DNA of 64,000 nt from Bacillota bacterium (GTDB taxonomy: Bacteria > Bacillota > Sulfobacillia > JBFLWA01), in assembly GCA_040758135.1 (NCBI GenBank), contig JBFLWA010000009.1:6755-70754 (forward strand). The letters run 5' to 3'. A model generated the notes under the pieces. It made no database searches and had not been told where the DNA came from. It saw only the letters and a program-made list of their open reading frames with translations. Below, piece by piece: positions 10,986 through 20,140 of the stretch (its first letter is position 1; each line of letters opens with the position of its first letter). A program made the translations under genes and the position numbers.

Positions 10986-11390
10986 CTACCTCCTATTCTC
11001 AGTAAGGTTGAAGGCGCCCGGCAGGAGGTCGTCGACGCGGACCACCCGCAGTTTGCCCTGAAGATTGGTGAGGTAGATGGTCATCCCCTCGCCGAACTCG
11101 CTGATCACCTGACGACAGGCACCGCAGGGAGTACAGACATCCCTGGTATCGCAGATGACGGCCAGGTGGGTGAAGCGCCGGTGTCCCTCGGAGACCGCCT
11201 TGAATATGGCGGTGCGTTCGGCGCAGTTGGTCAGGCCGTAGGATCCATTCTCGATATTGCAGCCGGTATAGACCTCACCGGTGACGGTTCGGACCGCCGC
11301 CCCTACAGCGAAGTTGGAGTAGGGTACATACGCCTTTCCCCGGGCGGCCCTAGCTGCTTCGATCAGTTCAGCCACCTCGCGGTCTTCCAT
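10986..11390 (-). CDS. cdd: Cytidine deaminase
   Basis: YVPYSNFAVGAA, GCNIEN, NCAERTA, TPCGACRQ. Confidence 0.96.
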   Translation of the reverse strand: MEDREVAELIEAARAARGKAYVPYSNFAVGAAVRTVTGEVYTGCNIENGSYGLTNCAERTAIFKAVSEGHRRFTHLAVICDTRDVCTPCGACRQVISEFGEGMTIYLTNLQGKLRVVRVDDLLPGAFNLTENRR

Positions 11391-11399
11391 GCTCTCACC

Positions 11400-12008
11400 T
11401 CACTTAATGGTTACCCTGGTTCTCTCGGGCACCAGCAGAACCCAGGTGACCCCGGGCAGCACCGGGACGGGGTTTCCCTCTTCGTCCAGGTAGATCGTGC
11501 GATCGCCCCGCTGCTCCTTATGCCAGCGGGCAGCCGCAGTCTTTCCGCCGCTGAGGATCCACGCTTCCCCGCTCCCGGTCAGCTGGAGGCTGAGCCAGCC
11601 CTGAGAGTCACCGGCGATGGACTTGGCCGATACCTTCTGGATAATGACATTGGTGGCCCGCAGGAGATCGCCCGATGCCTCCCGGACCGCCCCTCCGTTG
11701 ATACCTGATATACGTCTTGGAATCTGGTTCATACCTGTATATTACCTCATAACCGACGGCCCAGGGAACGGTCAGGGAAAGTCCGCTCCCGGTCCCCACC
11801 GGGCTGTCCGCGAAGGTGAAGGCCAGCGACTGCTGGCTGGCATCATAGCTGTAGCCTAGGTTCTCGGCAACGGTCCGCAGCCGGGCAGTGCTGGTGTAGG
11901 TAGCGTGAGGGCGCGCCCGGTTAGGCTCCTGCCAAAATGCCTCAGGCTGGTCACGAGCAGCGCCGCTACAAGTAGCGCCGCCGGCCAGCGGGTGAGAACC
12001 GCTCTCAT
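11400..12008 (-). pseudogene. DUF3048 (YerB-like) secreted protein pseudogene with internal deletion and frameshift
   Basis: ATG at 12008 gives signal peptide MRAVLTRWPAALLVAALLVTS; another frame reads AFWQEPNRARPHATYTS...YEVIYRYEPDSKTYIRY; a shift near 11700 leads into NVIIQ...GSGEA...W.K...G.PV...PGVTWVLLVP. Confidence 0.75.
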
Positions 12009-12613
12009 GGGGCCGCTCCCTCCATCCGAGATGGTGGCGTCAGGACGCCCCCGGAGATCACCATCTTGAGGCCATCCTCCACCGACATATCGAGAAAGAT
12101 GATGTCATCTTTGGGGAGCAGCAGAAGATACCCGGAAGTGGGGTTGGGCGTGGTAGGGAGGAAGACATTGTACACTTCTTGCTCAGTCTTCTCCTGTACT
12201 TCGCCGCCAGCCCGCCCGGTGACAAAGGCCAGTGACCACATGCCGCGGCGGGGGTATTCGATCATGACTACCTGCTTGAAGGCAGTCTGGTTGGAGGCAA
12301 AAATGGCATCAACGATCTGGCGCATAGTCTGGTAGATCCCCTTAACCACCGGGGTCCGGGAGAGCAGCAGGTCGGTCCAGCGAATGACCTGACGGCCCAG
12401 GAAGTTAGAGGCCAGGGCACCGGCCACGACCACCAAGAGAACGCTGATCAGTGCCCCTAGCCCGGGGATGTTGTAGGGGAGGTAACCAGAGATGTAAGGC
12501 CCAAGGATACCGTCGAGAAAGCGGAAGAGAAACCGGAGGATGGAGAAGGTAATACCGATCGGTGCCAGAACGGCTACGCCGGCGATAAACCAATTGCGGA
12601 AACGTCTGAGCAT
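12005..12613 (-). CDS. DUF502 membrane protein
   Basis: FIAG.AVLAPIGIT, VMIEYPRRG, VFLPTTPNPTSG, MSVEDGLKMVISGG. Confidence 0.9.
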   Translation of the reverse strand: MLRRFRNWFIAGVAVLAPIGITFSILRFLFRFLDGILGPYISGYLPYNIPGLGALISVLLVVVAGALASNFLGRQVIRWTDLLLSRTPVVKGIYQTMRQIVDAIFASNQTAFKQVVMIEYPRRGMWSLAFVTGRAGGEVQEKTEQEVYNVFLPTTPNPTSGYLLLLPKDDIIFLDMSVEDGLKMVISGGVLTPPSRMEGAAP

Positions 12614-12619
12614 CAGTTT

Positions 12620-13096
12620 TCAACCCCCATTGGGCCGGTGGGCCGGGTCCCGCAGGACCAGCCAGACCAGAATTCCTGCCACTAAGATAAGAGCGAAAAA
12701 AGCCGGCCGACGCTCCAGCGCCATCTGCCCCAGACGCTGCCAGGCCAGACCCAGTCGGGGTCCCAGTATGGCCAGGCCGACGGTGATGGCCGTGAGGGCC
12801 GAACTTAGGACAGCGCCTGCCGCCACATTTTTGGCTACCTTGGCCAGGCGATGGTAGCCCGGTTCGATGAGATCGACCAGGCTCTCCAGAGCCGTGTTGA
12901 ACAGCTCGGCCGCCCAGACGAAGCCTATGGCGAGAACCAGCGCTGCCCAGTGGCCAGCCGGAAGCACGGCCAGCCAGCCAACCAGGCCGACCAGTACCGT
13001 CGCCAGCAGGTGGATGCGCATGTTCCGCTGGGTGAGAAAAGCGTAAGCCAGGCCGAAAAAGGCCGAAGCAAAACTACTTCCGAGCTTGACCCACAA
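12620..13096 (-). CDS. dgkA: Diacylglycerol/undecaprenol kinase
   Basis: QRNMRIH, AELFNTALE..VDL, AKVAKNVAAGAVL. Confidence 0.9.
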   Translation of the reverse strand: MWVKLGSSFASAFFGLAYAFLTQRNMRIHLLATVLVGLVGWLAVLPAGHWAALVLAIGFVWAAELFNTALESLVDLIEPGYHRLAKVAKNVAAGAVLSSALTAITVGLAILGPRLGLAWQRLGQMALERRPAFFALILVAGILVWLVLRDPAHRPNGG

Positions 13097-13110
13097 GACT
13101 ATCCCTCCCG

Positions 13111-13581
13111 TCAGCGGGTTAGACCCAGGGCGCCCAGAATGGCCTCCTCCTTCTGCCGCATAACCTCAGCATCGGCAGGGGTCAGATGGTCATAACCCAG
13201 GAGGTGCATGATCCCGTGAACCACCAGAAAGCCTAGCTCTCGCTGCCAGCTGTGGCCATACTCAGCGGCCTGAGCCAGCGCCCGCTCCAAGGAGATAACG
13301 ATATCGCCCAACCAGATCTCGTCAGGGCCGCCGACGACCTCTGGCTCCCCGTCGCCCCCTTCCAGGAGGGAGAACGAAAGAACATCAGTGGGTTCGTCCA
13401 GAGCACGCCACTCCCGGTTGAGCCCCCGGATCGCCTCATCATCCACCAGAGTTAGGCTGACCTCGGCCTCCGCGGGGGCTTCCTCGGCAGCCAGCGCCTC
13501 AGCCACCAACCGCTCCACCAGTTGCGTCGTCTCCTCGCTCACCGGCACTTTCTCCTGTTGATTGCTGATAATTACCGCCAT
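13111..13581 (-). CDS. ybeY: rRNA maturation endoribonuclease YbeY
   Basis: PTDVLSF, LGDIVIS, HGIMHLLGYDH. Confidence 0.96.
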   Translation of the reverse strand: MAVIISNQQEKVPVSEETTQLVERLVAEALAAEEAPAEAEVSLTLVDDEAIRGLNREWRALDEPTDVLSFSLLEGGDGEPEVVGGPDEIWLGDIVISLERALAQAAEYGHSWQRELGFLVVHGIMHLLGYDHLTPADAEVMRQKEEAILGALGLTR

Positions 13582-15677
13582 CGACTGTTTCCTTTCCCTT
13601 TCATCTCTTCTACTACCTGGTCCGGATACTCGATACGAGGATGGAAGATGCCGCCGAGTACCCGCAGAAACTCGTCACCAATGAGGTCAAGGTCCTTCAG
13701 GGTGAGAGCGCAGTTGTCCAATTGGCCATCGTTGAGCCGGGCCCGGATGATCTTTTTCACCGTCTCCTCGATCTTCTCCCGGGTCGGGTTGACCAGGGAG
13801 CGAACCGCTGCCTCCACCCCGTCGGCCAGCATGACGATGGCTGCCTCCTTGGTCTGAGGCTTGGGCCCATCGTACCGGAACTCGTCTTCCACTACCTCTT
13901 GGCCATTGCTATCCTCGGTAGCCCGGGAATAGAAATAGGAGACCAGGGTGGTTCCGTGGTGCTGCCGGATGATATCCACTACCTGCTGGGGTAGCCTTGC
14001 CTGCTCGGCCATGTCCACCCCGTCCCGGACATGGGAGGTGATAATGATGGCACTCAGGCTCGGCGTGATCTTGTCATGAGGGTTCTCCACCCCCGTCTGG
14101 TTATCGATGAAGAACGGTGGCCGTCTCAGCTTCCCGACATCGTGATAGTATGCCCCCACTCGGGCCAGAAGCGAATGCCCGCCGACGACCTCGGTAGCCG
14201 CCTCGGCCAGGTTACCCACAACCAGGCTATGGTAATAAGTGCCCGGGGCTTCGGTGAGCAGGCGCCGCAATAGCGGCTGGTTGGGATTGGAGAGCTCCAG
14301 CAGCTTGACCGGGGTGACAATTCCAAAGAAGCTCTCGAAGAAAGGCAATGTGCCAATGGTCAATACCGCCGAAAGCAACCCGTTGAGCAAACCCCAGATG
14401 GCCTCACGCACGGTGGCCAGTTCCACCGGAGAGGAGCGTTCCAGCATGCGCAAAGCGATGATGGCCATCAGGTTAACCAGGCCAATGATAAACCCGTTGC
14501 GCATCAGGTCGGTGCGCTGGGTGGTTCGGTGTGAGGCCAGCACCGCAGTGAGCCCACCCAGCAGGGCGACGGCAGCCACTCCCAGCTGCGAGTCGAACAT
14601 GAAACCCACCGAGGCCGAGAGGATCACCGTGACCACGATAGCCACCTGAGGGTCCAGCAGGTGGCTGATAAGCATACTGGCGGCAGCGACCGGCGCGAAA
14701 AAGCCCGAGATAAAGCCCAGCGCCTTGGTCATCAGCAGAGTCATCGTGATGATCAGGCCCAGCATGGCAATGCGCGACTCGTGCGTCACTAGCTGGGGAT
14801 GAAAGCGGATCAGGTAGAAGGCCAGAAGCCCCAGAAGCCCGGTGACCATCAGGGCCAGACCGGTGACGGGCAGAAGGTCGGTAGAGGTTCGCTGCAACCC
14901 CAGGTCTTGTAGAACGACGATATGCCAGTCGGTCACCACATCCCCCTTGCGCAGGACGATCATGCCCTTGGGGATCATAGCCGGCTCAACTGCGTCCATG
15001 GCTGCCTGCCGGCGCCGGGCAGTCTCCTCGGCATCGAAGATCAGATTCCGCTGCAGGCGTCCTTGGGTAACGGCCCGGACAAACTCCTGGTGAAAAGCGG
15101 AGAGGTTGAGCCCGCTAGCCAGTCGGGCCAGCTGGGTGCGGGCATTCTCTAGCCCCTCGGCTTTGATACCACCCTCCATCACTGTACCCAGAATACCGAC
15201 CGCCGCCTCGGCCATCTCCTCCAGATCAGCAACAGACGAGGTGGCCACCGACCGAAAGACAGCCGTGGATAGGTTCAGACCGGAAAGGCTCTGTACCTGG
15301 TCAGTTTTTTCGGTCACCGATTGCTGGGGGTTGGCCACCACTTCGCCAATGGCTGCAAAGAGATCCCTGATCTCGTGCTGGGCAGTGGCCAGAATTCGTG
15401 TATCCAGCTGGTAAACCTCAGCTACGGCCGCGGCGGCCTCCTGCTTGCGGCGTTCGGTCTCCAGCCGGTCAATGGTGGTGCGGGGCGCGACCACATCTAG
15501 GGGAGCCACCAGGCCCGCCTGGAGGTTTAGCCGATGCGGAATTATACTGGTCGCCAGAATGATGAAGAAAACCAGGTACATGGCGAAGGCCAGCCCCAAT
15601 CGGCGCCATATACCCCGGGGGTACCAGGCTTGCTCCCGGGACCGCCTCAGCCATTCATCCACTTTCTCCCACATCAT
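13572..15677 (-). CDS. pgpH: 7TM-HD cyclic-di-AMP phosphodiesterase (YqfF/PgpH)
   Basis: Extracellular domain plus 7 TM; EAPGTYYHS, YYHDVGK, QHHGTT, FRYDGPKPQ, MLAD. Confidence 0.9.
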   Translation of the reverse strand: MMWEKVDEWLRRSREQAWYPRGIWRRLGLAFAMYLVFFIILATSIIPHRLNLQAGLVAPLDVVAPRTTIDRLETERRKQEAAAAVAEVYQLDTRILATAQHEIRDLFAAIGEVVANPQQSVTEKTDQVQSLSGLNLSTAVFRSVATSSVADLEEMAEAAVGILGTVMEGGIKAEGLENARTQLARLASGLNLSAFHQEFVRAVTQGRLQRNLIFDAEETARRRQAAMDAVEPAMIPKGMIVLRKGDVVTDWHIVVLQDLGLQRTSTDLLPVTGLALMVTGLLGLLAFYLIRFHPQLVTHESRIAMLGLIITMTLLMTKALGFISGFFAPVAAASMLISHLLDPQVAIVVTVILSASVGFMFDSQLGVAAVALLGGLTAVLASHRTTQRTDLMRNGFIIGLVNLMAIIALRMLERSSPVELATVREAIWGLLNGLLSAVLTIGTLPFFESFFGIVTPVKLLELSNPNQPLLRRLLTEAPGTYYHSLVVGNLAEAATEVVGGHSLLARVGAYYHDVGKLRRPPFFIDNQTGVENPHDKITPSLSAIIITSHVRDGVDMAEQARLPQQVVDIIRQHHGTTLVSYFYSRATEDSNGQEVVEDEFRYDGPKPQTKEAAIVMLADGVEAAVRSLVNPTREKIEETVKKIIRARLNDGQLDNCALTLKDLDLIGDEFLRVLGGIFHPRIEYPDQVVEEMKGKGNSRWR

Positions 15678-15681
15678 GCCT

Positions 15682-16683
15682 TCATCTCCGCTCTCCGGGG
15701 TTGTCGGTAGCGGCTCGCTCTTTCTCGTACTCTTCGTATGCCTTGATTACTCTCTGTACCAGTTCATGACGGACCACATCACGCTCGGAAAGGTGTACAA
15801 AAGCGATACCGGGGACATTCGCCAGGACACGGCGAACCTCTTCCAGCCCCGACCATTTCCCTTTGGGCAGGTCGATCTGGGTGATGTCTCCGGTAATAAC
15901 CGCCTTGCTGCCGAACCCGAGGCGAGTGAGGAACATCTTCATCTGCTCGGGAGTAGTGTTCTGGGCTTCGTCCAGGATGACAAAGGAGTCGTCGAGAGTG
16001 CGCCCGCGCATATAAGCCAGGGGCGCCACCTCGATCAGCCCGCGCTCCATATACTTCTGGAATGTCTCCACCCCCAGAATATCAAAGAGGGCATCGTAGA
16101 GTGGGCGGAGATATGGGTCAACCTTGTCTTGCAGGTCCCCTGGGAGGAAGCCCAGTTTCTCGCCGGCTTCCACTGCCGGCCGGGTCAGGATGATCCGGTT
16201 GACCTCCCGGTTCTTGAAGGCGGCGATAGCCTTGGCCATGGCCAGGTAGGTCTTGCCGGTTCCGGCCGGGCCTATACCAAAGGTAATCCCGTTATCGCGG
16301 ATGGCGCTGACATATTCCTTCTGCCCCAAGGTCTTCGGCCGTACCGGTTTGCCCCGGGCCGTCACCACCACCACTTCAGAGAAGATCGCGGTCAGCTCAT
16401 CCCGCCGACCTTCGCCAATCAGGCGAATGGCGTACTTGATCTCGTGGGGAGAAACTGGATGGCCCCGTTCCAGCAGTTCAAGGAGCTTCTGGAGTACCAG
16501 TTCGGCCTGTTCCACTTCGTCGGCCGCACCCTGAATGGCCAGCTCGTTCCCTCTCGAGATAATCCGAACATCAAAACTGGCCTCAATTAGTTTCAGGTTT
16601 TGGTCATGCTGCCCCAGTAAAACCAGGGCATCTTCGTTGCTGCCCAGGTTGATGCGTACTTCCGAGAGGTTATGAGCGTCCAA
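15682..16683 (-). CDS. phoH: PhoH family ATPase
   Basis: GPAGTGKT, RPAVEAGEKLGFLPG, LAYMRGRT, ILDEAQN. Confidence 0.95.
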   Translation of the reverse strand: MDAHNLSEVRINLGSNEDALVLLGQHDQNLKLIEASFDVRIISRGNELAIQGAADEVEQAELVLQKLLELLERGHPVSPHEIKYAIRLIGEGRRDELTAIFSEVVVVTARGKPVRPKTLGQKEYVSAIRDNGITFGIGPAGTGKTYLAMAKAIAAFKNREVNRIILTRPAVEAGEKLGFLPGDLQDKVDPYLRPLYDALFDILGVETFQKYMERGLIEVAPLAYMRGRTLDDSFVILDEAQNTTPEQMKMFLTRLGFGSKAVITGDITQIDLPKGKWSGLEEVRRVLANVPGIAFVHLSERDVVRHELVQRVIKAYEEYEKERAATDNPGERR

Positions 16684-16704
16684 CTGCGCACCGACCTCCT
16701 TGAT

Positions 16705-17901
16705 CTACGGCGGGTATGTGGCAATATTCTCCAGAGTTTCAACCATGACCTCCACTTCAACCCCCATCTCGTCCTGGGTTACCGCCTGCACGGAGCGGAG
16801 GATGATCTCTGCCTCCTGCGGTACCCGGCTCAAGGCAATGTTGGAGGCGATGCGAATCGCCTCCTGTCGGGCCTCCTCGGAGGAAAAGTGGTAGACAGCT
16901 CTCTCTAATTCGTAGAAATCTATCTTAGTGATTTCTATGGGGAACCCGAAAATCCTGCCCGTGCCCAAATCGCTGCTGGTAGCCACAGCATCGTAGGCCT
17001 CGAAAGGCAGCCGCCAGCCCCACAGTATTATCTCCTGCCTGCCGGCCTTCATCACTAAGCGCTGGTAATGGCGGCCGGTGCGACACTCTCTCACCAGTTC
17101 CAACGGAACCCTAGCCCGACCTGTATACCAGATGCGGGCTTTGACAATTCCCCTGGCCTTGACCGGGATCGGCTGTACATGAGGATATCCCTCACCGGGT
17201 AGCTGCTCTCCGGCAATTCCCCGGATCAGCAAGTCACCGGCCCTGACCGTCTGACCGCGACGCACAGTAGCGGTCCCCCGGAGGACTACTACTTCCTCAA
17301 CCATACCCTCCTTTGACGCGACTAAATCGATACGGACTCCGACCGGCTCTGGCGAGGGAGCCAGTTCCTTTTCGATAATATCAACAATGGCCAGGGTACC
17401 GGCATAATCGATACCGGCCCAGGCGACCCTTTCGATGCGAAGAGCCAGGCCATCACCGATGCGGTCAAGATCTAGAGAATGCTTAAAGACACCGCGTTTT
17501 AACCCCAGCTCTTCCGCCACCTGTCGGATGACGTTCGGATCCAGCGTTTCACAGCCGTTTATCTCGACAAACCAAACGAACTGGGAGAGAAACCATACAC
17601 CAGAGACGAAGATGATGGCCCCAAGGACCAGCACCGTCCGACGCCGGGCTCTGGCCCAGAGGAAAGGAAAGCCGGCCTTGCGGCAGATGCGGACGCGCGA
17701 GTGGGTCTTGCGGGCGATGGGGCGCAGGCGCAGGAAGTCACCGATGCTCAGCTTGCCGGTGAGCACAGTCCCCTGCCGCTTGATGTCCCACATGATAATC
17801 CCACTGGCGGCCATGAGGTTGACAAAGCGTTCCAGCTGGCGGCCGGCCACGCTGACCACCAGGTAGCCCACAAGGTAGCTCCAGAACCTGCGGATGAACA
17901 T
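16705..17901 (-). CDS. yqfD: Sporulation protein YqfD
   Basis: GYLVV...ERFVN, G.PF...R..RR, LVASKEG, V..GDLLI.G; conserved yqfC-yqfD-phoH synteny. Confidence 0.9.
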   Translation of the reverse strand: MFIRRFWSYLVGYLVVSVAGRQLERFVNLMAASGIIMWDIKRQGTVLTGKLSIGDFLRLRPIARKTHSRVRICRKAGFPFLWARARRRTVLVLGAIIFVSGVWFLSQFVWFVEINGCETLDPNVIRQVAEELGLKRGVFKHSLDLDRIGDGLALRIERVAWAGIDYAGTLAIVDIIEKELAPSPEPVGVRIDLVASKEGMVEEVVVLRGTATVRRGQTVRAGDLLIRGIAGEQLPGEGYPHVQPIPVKARGIVKARIWYTGRARVPLELVRECRTGRHYQRLVMKAGRQEIILWGWRLPFEAYDAVATSSDLGTGRIFGFPIEITKIDFYELERAVYHFSSEEARQEAIRIASNIALSRVPQEAEIILRSVQAVTQDEMGVEVEVMVETLENIATYPP

Positions 17902-18201
17902 CTACTCGCCCCCAGTCAGCTCCCTGGTGAACTCTACGCTCCCCAGGTGCCCGAGGATCATGATCTCCTCTTCGTACGCCGAGGAAATAACCAGGTCAGT
18001 GCCGGTTACCACCAGTTCAGCAGCGCCCAGGGAGATCCTGACCCGAGCAGGGGTATACTCAATCAGCCCACGGTGGTTCTCCACTACCAGCTGCAGGGTA
18101 CCGATGATGGTCAGGCGGGGCAGATCGAGCAGGACATCTTTGGGCAGTTCAAAGGTGTCGGCCAGGCGGGTACGTATCTTTTTCGCTGGTGACACGCGCA
18201 C
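17902..18201 (-). CDS. yqfC: Sporulation protein YqfC
   Basis: ELPKDVLLDLPRLT.IG...VENHRGLIEY. Confidence 0.9.
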   Translation of the reverse strand: MRVSPAKKIRTRLADTFELPKDVLLDLPRLTIIGTLQLVVENHRGLIEYTPARVRISLGAAELVVTGTDLVISSAYEEEIMILGHLGSVEFTRELTGGE

Positions 18202-18226
18202 AAAACAGCCCCCTTCCTCACCCTAA

Positions 18227-18254
18227 AATGTATGTAGAAAGGAAGGCTGTATGA
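18227..18254 (-). promoter_or_regulatory. sigmaE-type promoter of yqfCD
   Basis: TCATACA-13 bp-CATACATT; yqfCD is sigmaE-controlled in B. subtilis. Confidence 0.65.
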
Positions 18255-18778
18255 ACTGGGCGTCGAATGCGCAATGGTTAGGAACCACCGACCGGGCGCT
18301 CCCCTCCCAACGCGAGAGGCTGGTGCGGCAGATCTGCCGCGCTGAGGGTCTGCCCGAGGACCATCGGGACTGGGTTCTTCAGCTCCTGGAAAGCCTGCCG
18401 GACGGCTCCACCGTCTGCCACGGCGATCTCCACCCGGAGAATATCCTGGTAGCAGGAGGTCGGGCGGTGGTCATCGGCTGGACCAATGCAACCAGAGGGA
18501 ACCCGCTAGCCGATGTCGCCAGGAGCTGTCTTATGCTTAAAAGCCCCTACACCCCTCCCGGCCCGTTGCTCAGGGTAGCAGTATCACTTCTCCGGAGGAC
18601 TATACGCCACACTTACCTCAGGCTCTATCTGAGGCTAACTGAGGCCGATGAGCAGGAAATGCTCTTATGGAAGATACCGGTGGCTGCCGCTCGTCTGGTA
18701 GACAAGGTACCCGGCGAGCGAGAGTGGCTGTTGGAGCTTATTACCCGTTCTCTTGCCCACATGAGGAAGAGCCGGTGA
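18251..18778 (+). pseudogene. Aminoglycoside-phosphotransferase-like kinase, N-lobe missing
   Basis: VCHGDLHPENIL present, but the metal-binding IDW reads IGW; only 175 aa and the ATG overlaps the yqfC promoter. Confidence 0.65.
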
Positions 18779-18866
18779 CCACTCTCACCAGCGGTACTTC
18801 CTCCAAGACGCGCAAAGGGACCTGCCAGCGCGACAGGCCCCTCCATTGCCTGGTGCTTGTACAGCT

Positions 18867-19316
18867 TTACTGCAGCATCTCCCGAACGATCTGGTTGACC
18901 AGCCGCCCGTCGGCCCTCCCCCGGACTTTGCCCATCAAGGGACCCATTACCTTGCCCATATCGGCTGCACCGGCAGCCCCCACCTGCTGGATGGTCTCCT
19001 GGACCAGCTGGCGGATCTCCTCTTCGGTCAGCTGCTTGGGCAGGTATTCGGCGAGGATAGCAATCTCCTCATTGAGCCGTTCGATCTGGTCGGAACGGTC
19101 CAATTTCTCAAACTCGATGATCGCCTCCCGGCGCTCTTTGATCTCTCTGGCCAGCACCGCCGCGACATCGTCGTCGGAGAGTGGCCCGCCCTTAGCGATC
19201 TCCGCGTTCTGGATGGCAGCCCGGGCAAGTCTGATGACCGATACCCGCTGCTTCCCAGCTTCCCGTGCTTTCATGGCCTCTTTCATATCTTCCAAAAGTC
19301 GCTCTTTGAGGGACAT
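18867..19316 (-). CDS. yqeY: GatB/YqeY domain protein
   Basis: MSLKERLLEDMKEAMK, YLPKQL, DMGKVMG..M..V.GRADG. Confidence 0.93.
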   Translation of the reverse strand: MSLKERLLEDMKEAMKAREAGKQRVSVIRLARAAIQNAEIAKGGPLSDDDVAAVLAREIKERREAIIEFEKLDRSDQIERLNEEIAILAEYLPKQLTEEEIRQLVQETIQQVGAAGAADMGKVMGPLMGKVRGRADGRLVNQIVREMLQ

Positions 19317-19367
19317 CGAACATCGAACCTCCCGACGGGCAACCCCAATAGTCGATGGATAGGGCCT

Positions 19368-19544
19368 TTACCGGAACTTCCTCCTCCGAGCGGCCTCGGA
19401 CTTCTTCTTCTTCTTGACGCTGGGCTTCTCGTAGTGTTCACGCCGTCTGGCCTCAGCCAAGACCCCAGCCCGAGAGCATTCGCGCTTAAAGCGCCGCAGG
19501 GCACTTTCGAGGGTTTCGTTCTTGCCGACTTTAATCTCTGCCAC
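19368..19544 (-). CDS. rpsU: 30S ribosomal protein S21
   Basis: [12 protein letters not shown]...[24 protein letters not shown]; GTG after GGAGGGAGGG. Confidence 0.97.
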   Translation of the reverse strand: MAEIKVGKNETLESALRRFKRECSRAGVLAEARRREHYEKPSVKKKKKSEAARRRKFR

Positions 19545-19615
19545 CGATATCCCTCCCTCCGTCAGGGGACCATGAGAGCACAATAGGAGGAACTCTGCAC
19601 AGAGTTCCATATCGT

Positions 19616-19644
19616 ATTATAGAGAACCTGCTAGATTATGTCAA
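19616..19644 (-). promoter_or_regulatory. sigmaA promoter of rpsU-yqeY
   Basis: Perfect TTGACA-17 bp-TATAAT. Confidence 0.9.
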
Positions 19645-19649
19645 CGTTT

Positions 19650-19991
19650 TCATCCCAGCGTATTGCCTAGCTGTCGTCCGCCCAAAACGTGAAAATGCAG
19701 GTGCTTGATGACCTGGCCACCCCAATCGCCAATATTAGTGATCACCCGGAATCCATTGGTCACCAGACCTTGTTCGCGAGCGACATTGACCAGGCTGACC
19801 CCTAAGAAGCCAGCCAGCTCAGGGTGGTGCTCCAGATCGAGCATAGACTCCAAGTGCAGCTTAGGCACTACCAGGATGTGTACCGGAGCCTGGGGGTTAA
19901 TGTCGCGAAAAGCCAGGCAATGGTCATCCTCGTAGACGATCTCCGCCGGTAGCTCGCGCCGGATAATCCGGCAAAAAAGGCATTCGGCCAT
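19650..19991 (-). CDS. Histidine triad (HIT) nucleotide-binding protein
   Basis: CLFCRII, AFRDINPQAPVH, HLHFHVLGGR. Confidence 0.95.
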   Translation of the reverse strand: MAECLFCRIIRRELPAEIVYEDDHCLAFRDINPQAPVHILVVPKLHLESMLDLEHHPELAGFLGVSLVNVAREQGLVTNGFRVITNIGDWGGQVIKHLHFHVLGGRQLGNTLG

Positions 19992-20140
19992 GTAATAGAT
20001 CCCTCCGTTGCCCAAAATCTGATTTTATGCTTCACCTGCTGAACATATTCCAAACCTTCTGCACCGATGATGCATTTCCTCTTGCGCGAAGAGGCCTGTC
20101 CCCTTGGGAGAGGCAGGCTTCCGTACAATAGCTGCGCAGA

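Noticed and set aside
18251-18778. Functional aminoglycoside resistance gene
   Set aside because: ATP-binding N-lobe absent and the conserved Asp of IDW replaced by Gly.
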